64,000 nucleotides of DNA from Bugula neritina. Taxonomy: Eukaryota; Animalia; Bryozoa. The position numbers were made by a program, and so were the translations under genes. The number at the start of each line of letters is the position of its first letter. Position 1 is the stretch's first letter. Location: the NCBI GenBank assembly GCA_964035545.1, contig OZ037773.1:151551-215550 (forward strand), given 5' to 3'. The notes below the pieces were generated by a model. It worked only from the letters and a program-made list of their open reading frames with translations. It did no database searches and was not told where the DNA came from. Positions 21,166 to 34,900 of the stretch are shown here, piece after piece.

Positions 21166-22799
21166 GCAATTAAACTTCCAAGTTTCAATAGTAAACTTAA
21201 TTTTTGGTTTAGTATGAGTATCAATATCATCAATTTAATTATTCAATATGAATTTAAATATTAATATACTAATAAATAGGAACATCATGATCATAATCAT
21301 CATCATGGTCAACTTATTCACTTCCAGCTATTAATGATAATTTGGTGCAAGTCATTTCTTACACAAGTCGTTTACTACCCACTTTTTGATTTGCAGGTCG
21401 TTTCATTCAGCTACACATCAATATAACATTAAATCAACTAAAATACATATTTTTCGCATTTGTTTTGTTATTTAGATTTGGGGTACAGGGTTTGAAGTTT
21501 GGGGTTCATTTATTATTCACTTTGTGTACAGCAGTTTGTGTACAAAACAGCCATTTTGTATATGACAGTAACCCATACAATAATTGTGATATAATAATAT
21601 TAATAGTATAAATATTTATATTTAATAATAATACAGTTATACTAGTAGTAGGTCTAATTGTTACACTAATAGTAATGATCATACTATTAGCAATAGTAAT
21701 ACTAATGCTTAGTTATGCTTATACATATGTTATAGTTTTTACTCATTTACCGAATACAATTTTTATTGAGCTATAACATAAGTATTTAAAGTCTCACAAA
21801 GTATTGCTGATAAAGTAGCTAATAATAGTAGTTTAATAATAATCACTCTTGCAGTTACAACTGATGATCATCCTTGTGCTCAAACTGACACATTAAAATT
21901 ACATTTAGTTTTACTGGTGTCATGGCTCACCATGTCATACTATTGATCATTTATTTTCATGGTTATGAACTTGAAACCCTTTATCAGTAATGACTATGAG
22001 TAAGAGTCATACTAATAGTCTAATACCATATTTTTTACCATTAGTAATATTGTTATACTAATACTAATAGTAATATTAGAAGATCAATTTTAAGCTCTTG
22101 ATTTCACTTTGTGTTCATTTTCAGGGAATACTTAAACCAATTGATGAGAATAATTTTGATTAAATGCACAAAATCAATGAATGTAATTTACATTGACTGA
22201 AATATTGAGTTTTACTTAGTCTTACCCTTGCTTGTAGTTATAATAGCCTGTATTAGTAATAATATTGTAATGGAGCTTATACTGAAAGTAGTATCAATTT
22301 TAATGTATGAATACTATTTTTTCAAGGAATAGCTTAGAAGGCACCAATGGCAGAACTCAATAGCTAAAACTTAACACTAAGTTGGTTCTTGAAATAAAAT
22401 AGATGATTGACAAGAATCTAATTACTTGACTTCCTGAAAATTGACTCGAACTGTAAGTATTTGTTGCTTTCCTAGTATTTCATGTGTTATAATAGCTGTT
22501 GATATATGCTGGATTATTTTGGTCTGTAGTTGACACTGAGTTTATGTACCCATTACTTTATTATGCTGGAGGGTCTAAATCACTTTTGAATTATGATAAA
22601 ACTTTTTTGTTTGACTTATTTAGGATATTTGTGTAGTGAGATACATTACATAATATTATATTACATTTAACTTTCTAATTGTATTCAGCAAATCTATTTT
22701 TGTATATAAAGATAAATTTTAAAATAGGTAAAATTAAATCTATTTAATCCAACTGTGCAATCCATTTAATGAAACACTACTTTCTGCTAGTTGTATATA

Positions 22800-23698
22800 T
22801 GAGGGCAATTCAAAAAGTAAAGATAATTTTGCCGTAAGTCAAGTTGTAATCGAATTAGGGACTTGATTTTTTTCAGCATAATTTCTTGGCAAGCGAATAC
22901 CTTTCTGTCATTTTGGTACTATCGTTTTTATTCCCTCAGCATAAGATTCGGTAGATTGACTCAGTAAAATTTGCTCGAAGTAGTTCGGACCTTGTCATGA
23001 GTCTCTTTGTAAATGAATGGTTTCGGTGTGAAACTTGGAGCACCAAAAAAATGGTACTTACAAGGTGAAGGACTAAGATCCTCCAATAGTTAGGGACCTA
23101 GTTGATGTTCTCAATGGTTTGAATGGCAGATTATGGCCTTCCAGTGTCTTTGTGGATATTACACTGTAATTACATGCCTATTCTCTTCTACTTACTCTCT
23201 TTCTAAACTTAGATGTAATACACTGTTTATTAAATTAGCAAAGTTGTCGTTCTATGCTGTTATTTTCCTGAATGCCTGCCAAAAGTCTCTGAAGTCTCCA
23301 AATTGGTTGGTCTAGCCGCCTCTTCTGCTATTGGCCTACCTGACTCAGGTTCACTCTCCAAAGACGTTGTTCAATCCTTAAAACTGTTAGCCCATTTAAA
23401 AACTTGGTTTTGGTTTAAACAGCTGTCACCATATTAAGCTGTCATTCCCCTATAAATTTCATTTGGTCTGACGCCCTCATTTGACAAAAACTTTAATATA
23501 GCTCTCTGTTCAATGTGAGCGAATTTTTAGTGAGGCTGCCCTCATTAATTATACACTCTTAAATAAAAAGTATTTCCTCAAAACTGTTGAAATGATTACT
23601 ATGTAAAGACAACTTTTGAAACAACATAATATTGAAAACGAATTACAATTATACTCTGTTTTATAAAGAAATTATCTTTACTTTTCAAATCGCCCTCA
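22800..23698 (-). mobile_element. Internally deleted mariner element
   Basis: ~29-bp TIRs (TGAGGGCAATTCAAAAAGTAAAGATAATTT / reverse complement) with TA flanks; decayed transposase N-terminus IEQRAILKFL...VFKWANSFK...SLESEPESGRP. Confidence 0.88.
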
Positions 23699-24045
23699 TA
23701 ATTCTTTAAGTAAGCATTATGTGTGTATGTTGCCTAGGTAAAATACTTGCCTATTCAAGTATTTTTGAGTCATTGGTTTTAATTATCTAAAACTTGCTTA
23801 GTCTGTGACTTGGTTTGCTTTGGCTTGCTGTTACCTCAACAGACTTTGGTCACACTGCTTTCTGTTGTACACACCAATTCATCAGCACTCATTTGGTAAG
23901 CAACTTCATACAATATAATAGTAACACTAGCTTTTAGAAATTTCTCTCCTTTTACCATTAATTTCTTCCATTTTTAAAAATTTTTTCCTGACAGGTATAT
24001 TTTAGTCTATGAGCTGTCTACTATAATTTTTTTAATTTTAGGAAA

Positions 24046-27000
24046 ATGAATTTTCCCTGGATAACCATTTTCAAAGTATTGCTAGCATCTAGCTACACAC
24101 TGGGTGAGTTAATATTTCTAAAGCTAACATCTCCAGTGTTTGTTAAGTCTGGTTCTTACTTTTTAAATGAATCGTTGTAATGACAGCTCTATTCCCTTCA
24201 GATATGATTCTTATGCTCACACAACTGTGACTAATGAAATACCTTGTTTCAACTTGTAATGTTTGAGGAATTCTAATGTGGCTGTTGGCTAGTTTAGCAG
24301 TTACTTTCTGTTGGTTTTCATGCGCCTACGGAGGCTCTCAATAAATGAAACAAATAAATTAAAGACGCAGTAAACAATCTACTTAGTTTAAAAGAGTTAT
24401 TTCTGTTTTTGTTGCCTTTTCATGCAGTACATGATGTCATAGGTCATGCAGTATATGATGCTATAGGTCATGCAGTATTCCTATTTCAAATATACTTTTA
24501 GCCTTGAGAACGGGTAAACTTGAAACCAATCCAAAGTATGTAATTAATCATCTTGGTTATCAATTCATTTGTTTTGTTTGTTTTTGAATAGAATGTTATG
24601 TAGCAGTCAGAATCACTGGCTTTCCATGGATCCATCTCACTGAGATCCATTTGAGATGTGCTCAGATCGATCTTGCATAGTTGCCTCCTCTTAAGTGAAT
24701 AAATTTTTTAAGGATAATTTTTTCACCCACCCAGGTGATTAAAGCTACTTTGATTAGAAAACAAGATTGTTGCCGTATAGAACTATAAACTACACGCAGC
24801 AAAGCTTTTAGAGTAAAGTAATTTTGCCAATTTATGATGATTAATTTTAATTTTTTAGCTTGACAGCTTATATAAAATTAATAGCTGTTGTGCAGACTAT
24901 TCATAAACCTGCAGGATTGTTAGGCTTGAAATTACCCAGCAAATAACTAATGGAAGTAAGATTTACTAGTCACTTAAATTCAATCTAAATGCTCCCATTA
25001 TTTGTTTCTTCCACCATCTATAATTTCATATAATTCAGTTTTCTTATTCATTGTACTAAAAGCCAAAGTTTTGGCATCTGAAAAAGTGCCTCTTGTAATT
25101 ATTAAGTACTTTGCTTAGCAACTAGCCAAGTTATCAATTTTATTAGACAACATTTTAGCGAACAGTCTTTTTCTACTTCTCAGATCGATCTGGCATCTTT
25201 CCATGGTTTTATTGTCTTGAGATTGATCTGAGTTCGATCTCTACAGACCCACCAGGTCAGATTGATGGAGATCGATCTTTGCCGTCTTTCTTAGTGAGAT
25301 CGATCTGAGATTGATCCATGGTTAATCACGGGCTTTCCATGTACCGATCTCAGATCCATCTCAGCGAGATCGATCTGAGCACATTACTCAGATCGATCGT
25401 TTTTCCATGAGAGTGTCAGATCGATCTCTCGGAGTTGCCTCCTCTTAAGTGAAGAGCACTTTAATAGTATAATTTTTTCACCCACCTGAGTGATAAAAGT
25501 TACTGCTTGTGAAAAACAAAATTTTCATAGTCTAAAATTTGACGTCAGCTATAAACTCTACGCAGTAAAGCTTTTAATATGAAGTAATTTGGCCAATTTA
25601 AGATAATTGATTTTAATATTTTAGCTTGACAGCTTATATAAAATTAATAGCTGTTGTGCAGCTTATTCATAAACTTACGGGACTAATAGGCTTAAAATTA
25701 CGCAGCAAATAACTAATGACAGTGCGTTATACTAGTCGTTTAAATTCAATTTAAATGCTCTCACTTTTTGTATCTTCTACTGTCTATAATTTTACATAAT
25801 CAAGTTTTCTTAATCATTTTACTGAAAGTCAAAGTTTTGCCACTTGAAATAGTTGCTATCTTAATTATTAAGTACTTTGCTTAGTAATTACCAATAAGTT
25901 ATCATTTTTATTAGCAGATGACATTTTAGCGAGCAGTCATTTTTCTACTTCTCGGATCGATCTTTCATCTTTCCATGGTCTTATTGCCTTGAGATCGATC
26001 TGAGTTCGAGCTCTACAGACCGACCAGCTCAAAACGACTGAGATCGATCTTTGACGTCTTTCCATGGATTGATCTCCCTGAGATCGATCTGAGATCGGTA
26101 CTTGGAAAGCCGGTGATTAAGTTGTGAGAGTTGGACAAGAATTGTGTTTTGTTTTGTTTGTTATCAAAGTGTTACATAACAGCCAGGATGAGTTAGCCAA
26201 AAGTCATTTTTTCATTTTTGCAATGTAGGTTCTGGTGAGCTAAACTGTTGAATCTATTTATGTTTAGCTCAACCATCTACAGAGATAGACTACAGTACTC
26301 CAAGCTCACCTGACTTCTATAAAGATGAGGAAATAACTTTCACATGTGAAGCAACTGGTTATACTGATCTGAGAAGCTTACGGTTACGATATATAGCTGA
26401 TGGAGACAGTACAATCTATCAAAGTGGATGTAGTCGAAGTGCTGATGATGACACAGTATGGGAGAGTGCACCATCTCCAGATATTATTACTGTCTCTGGA
26501 ATAGAAGGACCTGGAGTCAGTAATGCATACTGTAACTCAGATGGTAAACCTGAAGGGTTCACTCTTTCTGTGCAACTCACTGCAACTGACTCGACACTCA
26601 AAGGGAAGTTCTACTGCAGAGGGTTTGAAGGAGGAGGTGTTGGAGAATTTCTCTCCTCAGAAGTTTCAATGGATGTCAAAGGTGAACACTTCAAACTAGT
26701 TTCTTTGGTCACTGATAGCCTTTATATACCACTTTAGCACTTTCTAGTACAACTTCTCATAGTTTTTAACTAACTTCCTCTCTTTCTCCCTCATAGACAA
26801 ATTTAACTGTTCCCAAGATTGGTATTATTGGTATTGAAATAGTATGTTTGCTATGCATTATATGGATAGTGGATAGTATTTGTTTTATTTGGCCTTTGTC
26901 TTCCAGCATCTCATGGAAGGATCAAGTGATAAAATTTAACTTTTCCCATGATGGTGGTAGTTAGTTAAATCAAAATAGTATATTGGCTATCTTTGTTGGG

Positions 27001-28883
27001 TAGAGGGCAAATTTTAGTTTATTATACCTTTGTTGGAGATTTTCTGGTCAGGATCACATAAGGATATCTGGTTCACATGTAGTTTCAGATAACTGTTATC
27101 ATAAGCAGACTTGGAATGTTGTAATGTTGCCATTTAAATTTACACTTTTTATTGCTACAATTTACCCAGGATATAGCACATGGCCTTTACTGCAGTCCTA
27201 ACCTAATTTACAATACAGCAATGCATCTGTATTTGGAAATGTATATTATGCATTCTTTCATTCTACAGTTGCTCCAACTGGCATATCACTTAATAAACCA
27301 GAGACTATTATAGAAGGGGAAGAATTTACCTTTGATTGTAACTCTACAGGAGCAGATCCTGTGTCAGTCTATGAATACAGTAAGTATATACATGTCTAAA
27401 TGTTATGCAACAAGCTTTCCCCACCTTTCTATCTAAGAAACTAAAAACAAATTAAATACCATAGCAGTGATAAAAAATTTTAAAAGATCATCTAAAAGGT
27501 CTTTTGTTATATTAAACTGAAATTTATAAGAATTCAGGAGAAACATACTATTGTATTAATTGGGTATCGGTATTTTATTTTAGTTCCAATTCAATAACCA
27601 ATAATATTCATCTAGCTTTCGCATAATCTTAATTGAATGATTATTGGGGAAAATAAAAAATGCACATGGATCATTTCTGGGTGAAGCTATCATAAACTTG
27701 CGCTTGTAGATTTTAGTTATAGTCTTCACTATTTCTTTTGTAGTTTTTTCCCTAACTTTGAATGTCTAGTATACATGCACATGTTTTATTTATCAGAGGT
27801 AAATGGTAAGGCAGTGGCTGGAAAATATACTCCCACTGAGACAGAGAGAACTGAACTAACTTTATCCTGTACAGATACGAAACATTCTAACTGGAAGGGA
27901 GGGAATACTCAACAAACTGTTGCCATCACACCACAGTGTAAGTAAGCACCATGAATTTGTTAATATCGCTTGAGTGTGGAAATTGTAATTCCTATGTAAT
28001 GTTTGGAATTTTATTTTATTGCATTATATTGTTGTAGACTTGGCTAAAAAGCCTGGTGTTCAAGATCCAATTGTGAAAGAACTCAACCCTGGACAACCTG
28101 ATGCTAGACTAGATTGTAGCCAACATGTGGATGCTAACCCACCACCCTCTACGTTCACTTGGACATATAATGGAGTTGTTACCACAGAAACATCTAATGA
28201 GCTAACTCTGGATTCTCAAAAGAATGGTGTAACAGAAACAGCTTCATGTACAGCTAACAATGGCTTATGTAAGAATGAGTACTTATATAATTTATAATGA
28301 TTGTTTCAAATGTTTTCTAAGTTTTAAATTAACTTTTTCTACACAATTTAAAAACTGTTTCAGCGAAGACAGTGGCTATCAAATGGAACATAACATGGGA
28401 TAATGCGGCCACAATACTCACATCCACTACAACACCCACTCCAACTACTGTGAACAAGGGAGGTCTGATAGGTGGCATAGTTGCTGCTTTAGTCGGAGTG
28501 ATAGTGGCAGTAGTAGTCTCGGTGGTAGTGGTTAGAAAATCAAAAAGTATGTTTTTATTATCCATTGCTAGAATTCTAATTTAATAGTGTAATTGTAGTA
28601 GTCTTTGTTATTTCTTAATTGGGTGGGTGATAGAAAACTGAGTAATACTGGAGATAACCTTGCATTTAGTATAATTGCAGTAAATATAAACCAATATATG
28701 TATTCATTTTTAAAGTCTCCATCCCTGTGAGTCGTGAGAACTTCGTATAGAAAGTGGTTTCAACTAAGCTAAGGACTTGTTTTCTGTAGTAGCAAAAGGA
28801 AGTTATGACTCAATACTGTTTTAGCATCACCAATCATCTTTACTTTGAATAATTGCAGCAACAAAAAAATATATATATATATT

Positions 28884-28972
<89 letters not shown>

Positions 28973-31900
28973 ATCACACTAGCCAGTTGGTATCGCATAT
29001 TCTTCGGATGCTCCACCAGATAATCAATAATCCAACGTCAAAAAAAAACTAATGTAACACCTGAGCAACAATAAAAGGTTGACGAAAAAGATTAGAAAAA
29101 GAAAATATTCAATTGCAATTCCTTGCAAATAGCTTATGCAGTAGAGATTTAATTGGCTGATAACTGTTTAACTGGCCTACCTTTCAGTTTTACCTTAATC
29201 ATTCCAATAAACAGTACATTATTGAGAATAGTGAGTGGGATTTAAAAATTTAATAATTTATACCACAGCAGTAAAGCCATTGGTCACTTAAGTTTTACTT
29301 GTTTTGCTTGTGGCTTTAAGCTAAAACGGAAATGAAGTCATTAAAGTTCCATCTGATTTTCTAATTGCCACTGCTCTGCTCCACACATGGTTGAAGTCAT
29401 TCCAATCTGTTTTGTACAGATTAGTTTCAGTTTGTCAAGCTTTCATTTTCTCTTTTGTTCAATTTTAGTAAGGAGGGCAGTAGCAGATGAAGGTAAAACA
29501 TAGTTAGACACCAGCTAGCTCACACCAATAATCACAGTTTGCATATGTGACCATTTTCCTCGTGTACTTCTAATTATAAACATCAGTTTGAAAGTTCTAG
29601 ATTAATGCTTTAGTATAGGTGTTCCTTGTACAGCCTTTGGTAATGTTGTCTGCTAATACAAGTTCTTACAACAGACTTACCAAATTGCATTTGTATTCTG
29701 CACAGCTGCGTTTTATGGGTTTGAGTTGGTAAAGTATAGTGAAAAATTGAGATAACTAGTTCAACTAATGTTTGATTCAGGCCACGTTTGCCCACCATTT
29801 CACAGCTGGTTACATGTATTGAAACCATAACATATTAAACTGGGCTGTTTTCTCAATTATCAGTCTCGGTTGCTTTTCTTCTGCCCAGTGTTGGCCAATT
29901 GGAGTATTGATATACACTGAATTTCTCCATAAGTGTTCCTCCACTCCTAACAGCAATTTAAAGTTTAAGCACTTACAGTTCTATGTACAATGTTTATAAA
30001 TTAATGCTATTAAACCAGTTGGTTTTACAATTAGATTATTAAATGGATTCACGATGATATTTTGGTAGATAACATTTTATTTTTTAACCCTCTTGAGTGT
30101 TGTTTTCACTGGTACAACTAGTTCAGTTGTAATGCAACCATGTGGCATTAAGCTTTAAACTTTTAAACCAGCCCAGTGTGTGTTGCATTAGCTAAGAACA
30201 TGATGCAGTAAAAGTCAGCAATAATACTGTGTGGACTGCAGAGTAGAAATCTTACAGTAATTCAGGGCATGTGCAAAACATTTGTTATAAAACAATTTTT
30301 AAGCATACAACCCTGTCTAGTGATCTGTAGATAGTAGCTAATATGTATATGAATGTTTCAAAATGTGTACGTAATTTTATATCAAATATTTCAAGCTGTG
30401 GACCTCTCAAATAAGTATTTCTAACTTTCTTTATTTTGCCATCTGCAGAAAGAAGACTCCGGTCGGACGCTGAGAATGCTGCAGACTCCAAGGAAAAGAG
30501 GTGAGAGTTTAAATGTTTTTCACAGATTTACTGTTTGTTTCACAGATTTAGCAAATGAGTAAAATTTGTTGAAATATTTTTGGCACATTTTCAAAAAAAA
30601 TTAACTGGTCAAACTCTAAAGCTTGTTTAGTGTCACCCTAAGGCCTAAGCTATTAACAAAATCTCACTCCTCACTGCTTTGACTTCCATTTTCACTTTTT
30701 AACTTCAGTGTACATTCCTTACTATATCTGCATGTACACAGGCCGATTTTGTGCTAGTCGATTTCGCTATTGCTGATTGCAAAATCGGCCAAGAAATTCA
30801 GACGATTTTTATGTCCCTCGTTATTTGTCTGCTTGCGCTTTATTGGCGATTGGCTCTCAGTCTATATAACTTTCTCAGGTTTACGAGCAAAGGTCAAGAT
30901 CAGTTGTATTTGCCTTGGCGTAGTAATCAATCAAAATATGGCGACTTCAACATTTCTGTTTATTCTGATGAACTAATAAATAAAAACTGAATAAAATAAA
31001 CAGCTTGCTGCATTTGAAAATTGCGTAAAAATTCATCTCTAATTTTGTATTAAATTAAATAGCAAATAGCTGGCTTGGTAGCTATTTATTTAACCAGGTT
31101 TAATGTCTATAATTATCCATAAATTACTAAGCTACACTACATTAACATCACTTACCAGATTTTTTAAGCTATTTAGTTTAAAACTAGAAGTTTAACTGAA
31201 ACGTTATTGCTTATAATATAGTCAAGGAAAACTCTAGATCTCAGCAAATCTGTTCTCTTAAAAAAAATTAAGTTGTAAAGTTGAGATGTTAATACTAGTT
31301 ACATGAATATAAAACAACAACATATAAACTACAAGTTATAAATTATATTATAAGCGAGTAAAAGTTAAGAATAATACCAGTGTTCTATTTAAAAAAGCAA
31401 TATTTAAGGAATTTCCATGAAAGTGAACCGGACTTTTACTCACGTATAGTCAGACAGCTTATCGGCTGATTTTAATGAAAAATCGGCCTGTGTACACGCA
31501 GCTTAACTGTGATATATCTCCATCTTCTCTTACTAACTGTGATGTATCCCCATCTTATGTACTATTATTATATTTTGCACTTTTCCCTGTCAATAGACTA
31601 TCTACTGGGATTATCTTTACAGCAATTCTAGTTAACTATACAGACTAACTACTATGCTGTTTTTTCTACCATAAAGTTTGGTTTTCAGTCAGCTTGCCGG
31701 CCAGTAATGCTACCAAATCCGAGACTATTCGAAAAAGTTATTTACAAAATGGGACACATGTCATTCGACTTAATGTAGTGCACATAGCAGGAAATTAGGA
31801 CCAAAAGTTGAAGTTAGCTCAAAACTCATGAATATTTCCTATATAAGTAACTTTATGTATAGCATAAAAGGCTGGGAGGAGATTCTTCAACATCATCAGT

Positions 31901-34900
31901 ACCAGTAGTGCCGTATCAGTTAGGCTATCACTGAAATGGTGTTGGCTACTGAATCATTCTAATTTAAACTTACTCACATTCACAACTATTTTAGACCTGA
32001 CTGATTTTTGAATGACTCACTCCAAACTAGGCCATGTTGAATATGGGCACCTTTAAATCTTCCCTGGACTAAAATTATCTATTTGTCAAATGTTTATTTT
32101 CGAGTTTTCCATTGGCTATTTGTCTATTTCCACGAGTGTCCATCTTTAAGTGACTTTTTCTAAAGTGTATATCATGGCTAACTCACGTGTTAGGAGTTCA
32201 AACTAACCCATTCCCCAACTCACAGCTTCGAGTTAATAATTTCATGTCTTAAGACAATACTGCTCTTAGACAGCATTGTCCTAAGACAGTTCCAACTGCC
32301 TGAAAACCAGACTTGAATGATTACAGTGACTACATTTATGTTTGTGTGTTCCTCCACTGCATGCATGTTGCCAACACCAAACGCTTCTTCTCTCTGTAAC
32401 CTCTAAGCATGCTACCTGTGTTCTGACTAGCAGATGTTGTTTGTGTTGTGTTATTGTTTCTTTCTGTTAACTCTGGCATGTGTTGTTTATGAGTAGCAAC
32501 CTGGCCCCTAAACCTGTGTACACCTCTGGTGGTGCTAAGAAAGACAAACGAATCAACGGCAACAGACATTGTAAGTTCTAATCTAAATATACGAGTTTTT
32601 GGCTGAGGTTATGTCTGTTTGTCACATTAAGTTGAGGTGTGTTACAAGTCACTTGAAGCTAATACTTGTAGCATGTATGTAAATCAAGTCAAATGTATTT
32701 CACTGCCTTCAGTAGCAAGCAGAGAGAGTTTAGGTGGACACCAGATCCTCTCTATTATGTTACACTTTGTTGCATAGCAACATAACCTGATCACGTGCCA
32801 TCTCCTGTCACTTCAACATATCAGGAAGTTAATCTTCATAACTTGTCAGGTCGTGTCACCTAAGAACAGTACTCTGAATGCTTCACTTTCACCTCAAGTG
32901 AATTATTTGCTGGAATACATTTGGTAATTGATGAGGAAGTGTCATTGTTCTTGAGCTATGGTGAAGGTGCACCTATCATAGCATCCACTAACTAGCTACT
33001 GTTCATGACACTTAGTTGGGGCACTTTTATATTGCCTACTCCATTGTATGTTGGTCCCAACTGTATTAGTTGCTCACAAATCAGTTGCTGTCAGGCTCAT
33101 TCAACTAGCGCTAGCCCAAACATTCAACTGCTTTATTTTTTGCTAGGACAAGCTTGTATAGTTTGAGCAATAGCTATGGTTATTCCTACATCTTATCTGT
33201 GTGGTTGTAGTTATTTACTAACAAATATACTCCCAGCTATCTTTAAAGTGAAGTAGTACTGTGAGCTAGTTGATTGTACTGTGTGCTAGTAGTACTGTGT
33301 GTTAGTTAGTAGTACTGTGTGTTAGTTAGTAGTACTGTGTGCTAGTTAGTAGTACTGTGTGCTAGTTAGTAGTACTGTGTGCTAGTAGTACTGTGTGCTG
33401 GTTAGTAGTACTGCGTGCTAGTTAGTAGTACTGTGTGCTGGTTAGTAGTACTGTGTGCTAGCTAGTAGTACTGTGTGCTAGTTAGTAGTACTGTGTGCTA
33501 GTTAGTAGTACTGTGTGCTAGTTAGTAGTACTGTGTGCTAGTTAGTAGTACTGTGTGCTAGTAGTACTGTGTGCTAGTAGTACTGTGTGCTAGTTAGTAG
33601 TACTGTGTGCTAGTTAGTAGTACTGTGTGCTAGTTAGTAGTACTGCGTGCTAGTTAGTAGTACTGTGTGCTAGTTAGTTGTACTGTGTGCTAGTTAGTAG
33701 TACTGTGTGCTAGTTAGTAGTACTGTGTGCTAGTAGTACTGTGTGCTAGTAGTACTGTGTGCTAGTTAGTAGTACTGTGTGCTAGTTAGTAGTACTGTGT
33801 GCTAGTTAGTAGTACTGTATGTTAGTTAGTAGTACTGTGTGCTAGTTAGTAGTACTGTGTGCTAGTTAGTAGTACTGTGTGCTAGTTAGTAGTACTGTGT
33901 GCTAGTTAGTAGTACTGTGTGCTAGTAGTACTGTGTGCTAGTTAGTAGTACTGTGTGCTAGTTAGTAGTACTGTGTGCTAGTAGTACTGTGTGCTAGTAG
34001 TACTGTGTGCTAGTTAGTAGTACTGTGTGCTAGTTAGTAGTACTGTGTGTTAGTTAGTAGTACTGTGTGTTAGTTAGTAGTACTGTGTGCTAGTTAGTAG
34101 TACTGTGTGCTAGTTAGTAGTACTGTGTGCTAGTTAGTAGTACTGTGTGCTAGTTAGTAGTACTGTGTGCTAGTTAGTAGTACTGTGTGCTAGTAGTACT
34201 GTGTGCTAGTAGTACTGTGTGCTAGTTAGTAGTACTGTGTGCTAGTTAGTAGTACTGTGTGTTAGTTAGTAGTACTGTGTGTTAGTTAGTAGTACTGTGT
34301 GCTAGTTAGTAGTACTGTGTGCTAGTTAGTTGTACTGTGTGCTAGTTAGTAGTACTGTGTGCTAGTAGTACTGTGTGCTAGTAGTACTGTGTGCTAGTAG
34401 TACTGCGTGCTGGTTAGTAGTACTGTGTGCTAGTTAGTAGTACTGTGTGTTAGTTAGTAGTACTGTGTGCTAGGTAGTAGTACTGTGTGCTAGTTAGTAG
34501 TACTGCGTGCTAGTTAGTAGTACTGTGTGCTAGTTAGTTGTACTGTGTGCTAGTTAGTAGTACTGTGTGCTAGTTAGTAGTACTGTGTGCTAGTAGTACT
34601 GTGTGCTAGTAGTACTGTGTGCTAGTTAGTAGTACTGTGTGCTAGTTAGTAGTACTGTGTGCTAGTTAGTAGTACTGTATGTTAGTTAGTAGTACTGTGT
34701 GCTAGTTAGTAGTACTGTGTGCTAGTTAGTAGTACTGTGTGCTAGTTAGTAGTACTGTGTGCTAGTTAGTAGTACTGTGTGCTAGTAGTACTGTGTGCTA
34801 GTTAGTAGTACTGTGTGCTAGTTAGTAGTACTGTGTGCTAGTAGTACTGTGTGCTAGTAGTACTGTGTGCTAGTTAGTAGTACTGTGTGCTAGTTAGTAG

